DNA from: Bispira polyomma
Taxonomy: Eukaryota
Assembly (NCBI GenBank): GCA_965649765.1
Contig: OZ287757.1
Coordinates: 16,616,001-16,680,000, forward strand
DNA length: 64,000 nucleotides
Reading direction: 5' to 3'
Every line of letters begins with the position of its first letter. Position 1 is the stretch's first letter. A model generated the notes under the pieces. That model was not told where the DNA came from and searched no databases. It was given only the letters and a program-made list of their open reading frames with translations. Shown in pieces: positions 13,201 through 25,200 of the stretch. A program made the translations under genes and the position numbers.

Positions 13201-16200
13201 ATTTTTAACGCGCTTTATTGATGCTAGGCATCTTCTAAAGCGCAACAGTTCAACACACACAACTAGTTACAATTTGTTATTATTTTATATTAAAATAGCT
13301 TATGAAACTTCTATTAATGATACATTCTCGCTCTCCAAACATGTTTAAGGAAAAATAGAGGTTATACAGTATCAAGATTTGTAAACAACAAAACGAGTCC
13401 TGCCATTTCAAACTGTAGTGGCAATGTTTGCTCGCCATATTAAAGATCTCTCAATATTTCAAATATAGATAGCAAACAGCGAGATATTCAAGGCATGCAT
13501 CAATATCATCATGTGAATGGTGGATCATAGGAAATACAACAGTAAAACTCCCTGCTTGACATCATGCAAAGTTCACACTAAAGTAACTCCTCTTCCAAGA
13601 AAAGATAGACATCTGATCAAGTCTTGCAACACTCCTAGCTTACAACACCAAGCACTAACAACTCCACTGCACACAACATACATCTACAACACTTTGTCAT
13701 CATTACCATCGCCTTTTAGTGCACAAAGTGAAAAAATAAAACAACTTATTAAAATACAGTGCTTTACAATGTTTTTAATATAAAATTCTTAATCCACAGT
13801 CATGTGCCACAAAAACAACATCTTTTTGCATGGAGAGATTAAAACATAGCAGATATTTATTAGCAAGTTTTCTATTTGTCACATATATTTAAACTTTACA
13901 AACTTTCACTGACATTGCTCTAAAGGGCAGTAAACATTACAGTTGTATACATACCTCTTCCTGCATCCACTTCTAAACAGTACTTGGTGATTTCTGTACC
14001 CCCTGTGTCTCTGGGTGACTCTATAAATACATTAACACATAAATCAATACTTGGTGATTTCTGTACGCCCTGTATCTCTGGGTGACTCTATAAATACATT
14101 AACGCATAAATCAATACTTGGTGATTTCTATTTCCCCTGTATCTCTGGGTGACTCTATAAATACATTAACACATAAATCAATACTTGGCGATTTCTGTAC
14201 GCCCTGTATCTCTGGGTGACTCTATACATTAACGCATAAATCAATACTTGGTGATTTCTGTATCCCCTGTATCTCTGGGTGACTCTAGAAATACATTAAC
14301 ACATAAATCAATATTTGGTGATTTCTGTACCCCCTGTATCTCTGAGTGACTCTATAAATACATTATACTATCAATACTTGGTGATTTCTGTACCCCCTGT
14401 ATCTCTAGGTGACTCTAAAAATACATTAACACATAAATCATTACTTGGTGCTTTCTGTACCCCCTGTATCTCTGGGTGACTCTATCAATACATTACGCTA
14501 TCAATACTTGGTGATTTCTGTACCCCCTGTATCTCTAGGTGACTCTAGAAATACATTGACACATAAATCAATACTTGGTGATTTCTGTACCCCCTGTATC
14601 TCTGGGTGACTCTATCAATACATTAACACATAAATCAATACTTGGTGATTTCTCTACCCTCTGTATCTCTGGGTGACTCTATAAATATATTATACTATCA
14701 ATACTTGGTGATTTCTGTACCCCTGTATCTCTAGGTGACTCTATAAATACATTAACACATAAACCAATATTTGGTGATTTCTGTACCCCTGTATCTCTGA
14801 GTGACTCTATAAATACCTTATACTATCAATACTTGGGGATTTCTGTACCCCCTGTATCTTTGGGTGACTCTATATATACATTAACGCATAATTATTAAAT
14901 CAATACTTGGTGATTTCTGTACCCCTTGTATCTCTAGGTGACTCTATAAATACATTAACACATAAACCAATATTTGGTGATTTCTGTACCCCTGTATCTC
15001 TGAGTGACTCTATAAATACATTATACTATCAATACTTGGTGATTTCTGTACCCCTTGTATCTTTAGGTGACTCTGTAAATACATTAACACATAAATCAAT
15101 ATTTGGTGATTTCTGTACCCCCCTGTATCTTTGGGTGACTCTATAAATACATTATACTATCAATACTTGGGAATTTCTGTACCCCCTGTATCTTTGGGTG
15201 ACTCTATAAATACATTATTCTATCAACACTTGGTGATTTCTCTAACCCCTGTATTGCTAGTTGATTCTGTAAATACATTAAAATATTAAACACCAGATAT
15301 ATACTAAATCAATGACACAGCTTATCTAACGATTATCATACTAGTACAATCCCCACAAAACATTCCTCTCAAAACAATGCTATATTATATGGAAGCTATT
15401 TCAAAACTATAATAGAAGCAGATATACATCTGTTTGTTCCGAAATCATGTAGTGCTAAACCCAATATAGACTTTGCTATGTTTAAACTTTCAAACATATA
15501 AAAACTTGTACATTCCAACAGACTTTACAATACATGTTTTTGTTACTTCTACTGATGTAACAGACTAAATTCTCTGTCTGCTAAGCCACTTGGTACATGA
15601 AGCAGTTTGATCTTCATGCTGTAATTCTGTGCAAGGCTTGCTATAAGAAAAGGTCAACACACTCTACTATAATTCTAAGAGACTGGTTAAGTAATACTAT
15701 ACATGAATCCTGTAAAGAGTTCAAACTCATTATCTATTCACAAGAACTACACGGAAATTATACACCTTCCTCCAGTTTCTCAAAGTAATAAGCTGATTCA
15801 CACAAGGCCAAGTCTAATTCTATATTAAGCAAATCCAGATCCCGTTATTGAACTGTAATATGAAGCCCAATTACACTGTATTTATATCATTTTTCAGTGA
15901 TCCATTACAAAAGACTTGGCTCATTAACATGACTGCTTAGTAACATGTAAACAAACCTCAAGTTATTAAACAATTTTCTTTGATGTGTTACTGGACAGAT
16001 GACAAGCTAATGGCTGGACTTTGTGAATTTGACAAGTTTCCTGTGAAAATTGGTGAAAATTTGTTGCTTTATATTAATATAGGACATTTGTCTTTTGAAT
16101 TGGCATGTGCATTAAGCAGAATTGAAGTGACTCTATTATTTGCTATTGATGTGATTCTTACCCCAGGTTATATGGGAGCTGTGCGAGTGTTTGCTATTTG

Positions 16201-19200
16201 TGTGATTCTTACCCCAGGTTATATGGGAGCTGTGTGAGTGTTTGCTATTTGTATGGTTCTTACTGCAGGTTATATGGAAGCTGTGTGAGTGTTTGCTATT
16301 GGTATGGTTCTTACTGCCGTTTATATGGAAGCTGTGTGAGTGTTTGCTATTTGTATGGTTCTTACTGCAGGTTATATGGGAGCTGTGTGAGTGTTTGCTA
16401 TTTGTATGGTTCTTACCCCAGGTTATATGGGAGTTGTGTGAGTGTTTGCTATTTGTATAGTTCTTACCCCAGGATATGCAGAAGCTGTGTGAGTGTTTGC
16501 TATTGGTATGGTTCTTATCCCAGTTTATATGGAAGCTGTGTGAGTGTTTGCTATTTCTATGGTTCTTACTGCCGTTTATATGGAAGCTGTGTGAGTGTTT
16601 GCTATTTGTATAGTTCTTACCCCAGGATATGCAGAAGCTGTGTGAGTGTTTGCTATTGGTATGGTTCTTATCCCAGTTTATATGGAAGCTGTGTGAGTGT
16701 TTGCTATTTCTATGGTTCTTACTGCAGGTTATATAGAAGCTGTGTGAGTGTTTGGTATTGGTATGGTTCTTATCCCAGTTTATATGGAAGCTGTGTGAGT
16801 GTTTGCTATTTGTATGGTTCTTACTGCAGATTATATAGAAGTTGTGTGAGTGTTTGCTATTTGTGTGATTCTTACCCCAGGTTATATGGGAGCTGTGTGA
16901 GTGTTTGCTATTTTTATGGTTCTTACTGCAGGTTATATGGAAGCTGTGTGAGTGTTTGCTATTTGTATGGTTCTTACTGCAGGTTATATAGAAGCTGTGT
17001 GAGTGTTTGCTATTTGTATGGTTCTTACTGCAGTTTATATGGAAGCTGTGTGAGTGTTTGCTATTTGTATGGTTCTTACTGCAGGTTATATGGGAGCTGT
17101 GTGAGTGTTTGCTATTTGTATGGTTCTTACCCCAGGTTATATGGGAGTTGTGTGAGTGTTTGCTATTTGTATAGTTCTTACCCCAGGATATGCAGAAGCT
17201 GTGTGAGTGTTTGCTATTGGTATGGTTCTTATCCCAGTTTATATGGAAGCTGTGTGAGTGTTTGCTATTTGTATGGTTCTTACTGCAGGTTATATAGAAG
17301 CTGTGTGAGTGTTTGGTATTGGTATGGTTCTTATCCCAGTTTATATGGAAGCTGTGTGAGTGTTTGCTATTTCTATGGTTCTTACTGGAGGTTACATAGA
17401 AGCTGTGTGAGTGTTTGCTATTGGTATGGTTCTTATCCCAGTTTATATGGAAGGTGGGTGAGTGTTTGCTATTTGTATGGTTCTTACTGCAGGTTATATA
17501 GAAGCTGTATGAGTGTTTACTATTGGTATGGTTCTTACTGCAGGTTATATAGAAGCTGTGCGAGTGTTTGCTATTGGTATGGTTCTTATCCCAGTTTATA
17601 TGGAAGCTGTGTGAGTGTTTGCTATTTGTATGGTTCTTACTGCAGGTTATATAGAAGCTGTGTGAGTGTTTGCTATTTGTATGGTTCTTACTGCAGGTTA
17701 TATAGAAGCTGTGTGAGTGTTTGCTATTTGTATGGTTCTTACTGCAGGTTATATAGAAGCTGTGTGAGTGTTTGCTATTTGTGTGATTCTTACCCCAGGT
17801 TATATGGGAGCTGTGTGAGTGTTTGCTATTTGTATAGTTCTTACCCCAGGTTATATGGGAGCTGTGACAGTGTTTGCAATTTGTATAGTTCTTACCCCAG
17901 GATATGCGGAAGCTGTGTGAGTGTATCTTGCCCTTGAGCTGAGGTTTACTTGGAGGACAGGGTCTGTCTGGCAATGTCTTGTAGCAAACTGTAGAGCTGT
18001 AGTTTGAGCTGCCCTCATCATTGCTGGCCTGCAGCTGGAATACACACCACAACACATTGTAACCACCAGATATACATTGTAACCACAAGATATACATTGT
18101 AACTACCAGATATACAGTCAAAGCACCTTAAAGGACTTTACATAGAGAAGCAGTTGGAATACACAACACAATGTAACTACCAGATATACAGTCAAACCAC
18201 CTTAAAGGACTTTACATAGAGAAGCAGCTGGAATACACAACACATTGTAACTAGGGGTGAGACGGGGCGAAATATCTTTCTTCGGGGAACCGCGTACAAA
18301 AAACCGAGTCGGGTCCGGGTAACCGTAAAATGTGTGTGCTGGTAATATACATATAAAATCATATAAAAACCTATTTAAATGTGGGAAAAGTTAAAGAAAA
18401 CTAAGAAACACCAAATACAGTACTTTCTGTATGTAAAACAAGCCATATTGACTTGTATAAGTATTCACAAGAAAGAGTACTTACCGGTGTCACCATGGAA
18501 ACAGGAAATGAAGAGGGAATATACTATAACACAGAATACAGTAAAACTAGTATTTTCTGCCACAGGTAAGAGATGGATGTAAGGACAAAATAAAATTAAT
18601 AAGTAAAAAAAATAAAGAAACATTGTTTTATTTCATGTGACAATAAAAATCGTACCTGAAGCATTACAAGTGCTTGCAAAAGCTGAATTTGTCTCTATTC
18701 TCGACATTTTAGAGAATAAAAAAAATTGTAATATGAACACAAGTTCATACATAATTCATAGTTCATACATTATTGTCTTTTTAATTTTAAACTGCACAAG
18801 TTCATACACCATTATTGTCTTTTTAATTTTAAACTGCACAAGTTCAAACATCATTATTGTCTTTTTGTTTATTTTACAATAAAATATAGTTCTTCAAAAT
18901 TCAGTCAAACTTTGGCAGGTCTTCATCATGTTCTTCCTTAACCTCAGTGGTCACTACATCAGTTAAAATATTTTCTAAAGCTTGACCTTCAACACTTTCT
19001 AAGGTTCTACCTGAGCTTCCAAACTTTGAAACCTCAACACTGGTACAAGCTTTTTCCCCTGGAAGTTAAAGTTTGGCATTGCGATTAAGAAAAATTATTT
19101 GGTCAACAGTCTCTGAGTCCAGGGCCGATCTTAATTTGGTAATGGTTTGGCCTGCTGTAGAAAAAGTTCTTTCTGATGGAATTGAGGTGGCAGGTATTGC

Positions 19201-22200
19201 CAGGTATTTTCTTGCAAGTTTTGAAAGTTTAGGAAATTTATTCTGATGTTGTGTCCACCATTCTAGAGGACATGACATTCGTACTGGTTCAGCCAGGTAT
19301 TCATCTAGCTCTTTCTCAACAGAGATACTATAATTTGAATTGTTATCACTGTCACCTTTAATAATATCCAAAATTTTTAACTTTTTGGTAGCAGGAGCAT
19401 TGGCAGCTTCTTCATTTTTTAACTGTACAACTTGACCATGGTCAGACTCAATTGTATGCAATAATTCTAGAAGCCGATCTTTCAATTTTGAAAACTTAGC
19501 CGGAGGCAACGTATCTCTGCCAATTACAGACTTGTACCGAGGATCCAGTATGGAAGCCAGGAGCAAAGGAGAGTTAGAAATAATCACATCATCAGGGATG
19601 CCCTCACCATTTAGTTTAAATTTTTTCTGAAAGCCTTCACAAATTTTATATTTAAGATCTTTCACAACACCTGAATCTTCTGTACAAGCCTCAAGAATAC
19701 TTGATATCATACTTTGCAGTAAAACATGCACAGAGCTACCTGTAGGGCTAAATTCATTCCCTAAAATCTCGGTCACATCAGCCAGAGGTTCCAAAACGGG
19801 GGAAATATCTTCCATGACCTTCCAGAAAGAGTCCTTCAGGTCAAGCCGGACACGGTCACCAGGCTTGGTCAAGGAGTCATCAAAAATTACGCTATAAAGT
19901 GGAACACGAAGTTTCAAAAGGCGTTCCATCATAAAATATGAGGAATTCCAACGAGTTGGAACATCTTGAACTAACTTAAGCCTTTGACCACCCTCTTGCT
20001 TTGAAATTAATGCGTTGGTGGACAACACAGAATGGCTAAAATGACCTACCAACCTTCTGGCTGCCCCTAATGTTTTTGAAATTTGAGGAAGTTTAAGACC
20101 ATCCTCGATGGATAATTGCAAAGTATGAGCAAAGCAAGGAACATGGGCAATGCTGAGTTCTCTGGCAGCAATGCCCATGTTACTGGCATTGTCAGTGACG
20201 ATGGAGGAAACCTGGTGTATCTTGAATTCTTTACAAATTTGATCAATCTCTGAGGCAATATTGGAACCTGTGTGTCTATCTTCAACAACACGGGTGGCAA
20301 CCACACTTGAATTTAACTTCCAATCACTAGAGAGGAAGTGGCCGGTAACTGTAATATAGACCTGCAGGGCTGTACTTGTCCATAAATCTGACGTTAAAGC
20401 AAGGCATTGACTCTTAATCTTCTCTACAAAGGACTCTTTTTCTTGATTATAAATGATTTCCAAGTATTTTCCGACAGTTTTTCTGCATGGAACCCTATAC
20501 TGGGGATTTAAGGCATTTACAAATTGCTTAAATCCCTGGCCCTCTACAATACTTAATGGCTTCAAGTCTAAAGCACACATAATTGCAATTTTTTTTGTGA
20601 TCCCCTGCTGATGGGCCTCAGACAAGGTAGTACTTCTTTTAACAAAGAGGATAGGGTAGACTGCTTGGCTACTGGCCCACTCACTCCACTGGATGTATCT
20701 TTGTTGAGCTGCACCCCAGGATGTTTAGAGGTCAGGTGACTCCTCATAATGGAAGTATTTCCCCCCTTGAAAATGCAAAAATTTAAGTTCACTCCTATCT
20801 TTGGATAATCAAATTTGAAAATCGAAATTATTGATGTCAAAATTGTAGCTTAAAAAATTAGTTTACAGCAAAAGCATACCTCTGAAAGATAAAGATGTAG
20901 CACATAGACTACATTTTGTCCTTGTCTTGTCCTCATTCACCTCGAAATACTGCCACACAACACTTCTCTTAGATTCCATATCTATATTTTATCTAATCAA
21001 CAGATTCAACACTAATCTAACTAAATTCCATATAATATAAAATTATAAAGAATGTGGATATATTGATTTCTAAAATTTACGTCATGAAATTATCGGTTAC
21101 CAGCTACCCCCACGTCACAGCAGAAGATTTGGATTTTACGGTAACCATGGAACAGGAAGTGTGGTTTTTCACAGGTATACTTAAAGGTACTGAAAGTGCT
21201 AAATGGCCAAATAAAGACAGTAAAACATAAAGAAATAAAGGGATTTCACATATTTTATTAAAAGGTATATAGTATGGTGTATTTTATGAGGAATCTTTGC
21301 GAGTTTATTATACAAACGGACAACCGGGTAGTAATAGCGGACCCGCACAATAAACAAACCGAACCATCTTTCGGACACCGGGCCCCCTGTCGCACCCCTA
21401 ATTGTAACCACCTGATATACAGTCAAACCCCCTTAAAGGACTTTACATAGACAAGCAGCTAGAATACACAACACATTGTAACCACCTGATATACAGTCAA
21501 ACCACCTTAAAGGACTTTACATAGACAAGCAGCTAGAATACACAACACATTGTAACCACCAGATATACAAACTACTTTATACGACAATGCAGGTAGTTAA
21601 CCGTGTAGCACATAAATTTGTATCCCTGTGGAGGAAGCTGTTTTTACTACATTTTTTACACTAGATATGACTTTCCATGCATTTTTATGCTAACATATGG
21701 TAACATGTGATAGGAAGAAATTGGTGAACACTTTTTTACTTAAAAGTATGAAAATATGCACACAAAAAGAGTGACATTGAGCTCCCCCATATATCATTGT
21801 GTATTACACAACTTTTATAAAGAAAACTCTTTGTTTTACCTGTCAGATACCTACATCACATTTTCTAGTTTAATATGGTTAACAAAACAGTTAAATGACA
21901 AAAAGTGTATAGTTATCACACCTAAATGACAACTAAAATCTTGAGACCGAAAGTATAAAGGTGCAATAGAAGTAATCAGGTCAATACTAATGATATTCAC
22001 AGCCGTTCTTAACCAGGAGAGATGTTACACACTATCCATTATGGATATCTCACGCTTGCATGCCAATTAAGTACACAACAGAACAAGGTCAGTGTCCCTT
22101 TTATACTGGTTTCCACACTGATGACAAAGTCTAGACTGATTCCTGGCTAAGAGCATCCACTTTTGGACCCAGTCTAGCACTACCAATCAATACACCCCAT

Positions 22201-25200
22201 CAACCCACAGAACATCTGTTGCCAGTTTCTAAAAATAATACTGGTGAACCACTACTGCAGCCCTTTTTATTCCTGCTGGATAGGAAAAGCTAGAGAAATG
22301 GGAACTTCTACAGCAAGAGACTTCACACCAAATTAAACACTAGTATGGATGATGTTATCAGTGAAGCTAAACAAAAAGTACTTGTCAATGATTCAAATCT
22401 TTCTAAATAATCAGCACTCTTACAATTAATGCTCACAAGTAGGTTTAGAACTTGTTTCTGAATCTAACAGGGATCCATGAAGTTGACAGGTGACACTGGA
22501 GAGGACAGTATATATGATCAGTTAGTACAGAAGGCTCTGTATAGGTTAAATGTCCAATATCCACAGAATTGGATTCCGGTTATAGCCAACTTCCACTTAC
22601 ACCCAGTTTATAATAGTATTCTTGAATCTTGGGACCAGAAATTTTTTACAATTTATACAGAAATTGAATTCTACTGTCACTAGCTGCAGAGTGAACAAAA
22701 TTAACTCTATGTTTTAGAGGATACACTGTGCAGACCTATACCAGTTTCCCTACATTTGAGAGGATCACCTGATACACTGTACCCTACTACCTGCAGTGTG
22801 ACAGGATGACCAGCACCGAGTCCATTCTTACCCTAAATTTGTACTCTGTGTTTCTTCTCAGGTTCTTAATGGTATAATACAACTCTGGGCCATTGTAGAC
22901 TGTCAGAAACCCATGGCCCTGAAAAAAGAGGACTCAAATCTTAATTACAAAATTAAAGACATCCCCCTCAACATTTTAACCTAGGGTTTGGGGCTTTGCC
23001 CTAAATAATACACTTGTTATGTGTTTTGATGTATTTTAAAGAATTTTGTGCAATTATGCATGTTGGTTTTGCTTTACAACTACTCGAAAATAACAAATTT
23101 TAATAACAGTTTATTCAATGAATTTGATGCCACGTTGAAACATAAGCAATTGGTGTGATAAAAAGTGCTCCAATATACAGTAGAATCTTGATTATTTGAA
23201 ACCCGTTTATCTGAAAATCCAGATTAACCGAACCCAAAATAATGTGCCCCAATTTTTAATACATTTCCTTATACAAATCAACTCTGTGGATGATAATAGG
23301 GGATTTTACTGAAATACTTTTCTAAGCAAGTATATATCATTTCTTTTATTGTAAAGCATTTAATTATGTTATAAAGCTACTTGCAATGTATTCATTCATT
23401 AAGGCAGTATTAGTGTATATTGCTAACCAAACAAATGGGGACAATGAATGGAAGAATTGTAGTAAAAGCGGGACATACTGTAAAGATTAACATCATCCAA
23501 TTGCCGCTTATATCATGTTAGTGAAATTAATACAGCTTTTTACAACAGACAAGTAATCAAAACGTATTGTTGCTGACCTCAGAAAACAAACTTCAAACAA
23601 ATATTTAACTTCTACTTCACCCTGAAAGTATTATATTAATAAAAAGACCTCCATCTTAAGCGTTTTCCTTGCTTAGTACACACTTTTAGGTGAACATTGA
23701 AGTTAACACGTTAAAATCTTCCAGATAGGTTGGAATAATCAAGATTCTACTGTATTGCAATAAAACCAGATGGTGATTTACTTAATTTTAATAAGATTAA
23801 TACAGATTTAAATTTTTAATTGGAATTAATTTTCAATATGCAAGTTGATTACTAAAATTAATTCCCACTGAAGATTTGCAGTTATAAAATGGTTACCGTG
23901 GCTTGGTCTTCCATCTGCAGGGTAAACTCATCATCATTCTGTCGGTTCTTGCTCCAGGATAAAGTCAAGGCCTTCACAAACTGTTCTGACAAGAGGGGAG
24001 CTTCTGGCTGTGACGGAACTGAACCACTGGTGCAGAACGCTACAGGTTCCGAGAACTCACTGAAATAGAACACATATACTTGGTGAACAAATAGACATAA
24101 ACAGGAGTATTATTTAATAAGTACTCCTTACATTGTGAGTTGAAATACAACAAATCCACCTCAAAAATAGATGGACTCTGAATAGTTCTTCACCTCCCAT
24201 ATCAAAGCAAAACTCTTTGCAAATATACATTTAATCTTAGTTACAATATAATACTAATAGGTTATTGTTACTAAAGAGTCTGATTTAATTTATATCTGTG
24301 ATCTCTGGTAGAAACTACAGTGGAGCTACTATTATCTGAATTTCAATTATCATTTGATTTCATGAACATATTTCCACTTTCCACTCTCTTAAGCTTTCTG
24401 TAATGTTTTACATTAAAATAGTTCTTCTATGTTATAAACCTCCCATTTTCAAGACAAATTATTGCTCTATCAACATGTTCGTATATTACAATTTTTTAAA
24501 TTTTATGTCATCAATCTTTCAAGTAACACCAGGTGATGACAGTTTGCCACCTGAAATTTTTACTTTTATTGGCTGGGAGGAGATATTGTCTATGGTAACC
24601 AAATCTGTCTCTTTTAAAGTTATTTACACAAGGGAGTTATTTGTATAATTTGTCATATTCCCAATTATGTTAGGATATTAGAGGTTCTAGTGCAGTTAGT
24701 TTTAGCAATGTAAGATTTGTACCTTTTCCCTATGGAATTAATAGCAGCTAGTCTAAACGTATAGCGTGTGGAGGCAGCTAGTTTTGTAACCTTGTACTGT
24801 CTCTGTAACCCCTTGTAGACCTCCACAAACTGTAGACTTCCCATACCCTCATCAAACTCCAGACTGTAACTGCTCATCTTACACCCATTGTCAACAGCTT
24901 GCTACAAAATACAAAGTAAAATCAACACCACCTAAAACACCTACAACCCGAGATATTGGTCCGGGAAAACTCCTGGAAAGTTACTAGCCAATGGGAAAAG
25001 TTTTGAATTTGTCTTAAATTAAGGTAACTAAAGTTAAATAATTCCTTGACCTCGTAAGAAAACAAATGCTCTTAACATTATGGTCAGTTTAAAATGTTTT
25101 ACCTTGAAAAGTTACTTGAACACAGGCTTTTAAGTTTTGTAACTTGCTAGACCACACAAGAAGTTAATAACTTAATAGCAGTGGGCAAGGGGTACTGCAG

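Larger units (their letters stand above)
18031..21570. repeat. ~5 x 74-bp array of the exon 12 acceptor junction, split by the hAT insertion (18031-18251 and 21401-21570)
   Basis: GCAGCT(G/A)GAATACACAACACATTGTAAC...CTTAAAGGACTTTACATAGA on both sides of the element. Confidence 0.9.

Noticed and set aside
13981-17923. CRISPR-like arrays
   Set aside because: Head-to-tail repeats with no unique spacers, no cas genes, eukaryotic intron context.
16198-17937. 579-aa Cys/Tyr/Gly/Ser-rich + strand ORF resembling keratin-associated or shell proteins
   Set aside because: It is the antisense reading of the 51-bp junction array. It has no ATG start or signal peptide, and the unit clearly derives from FNDC3 exon 12.
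19066-20625. Domesticated ZBED host gene
   Set aside because: Intact TIRs and TSD plus frameshifts indicate a transposon copy.
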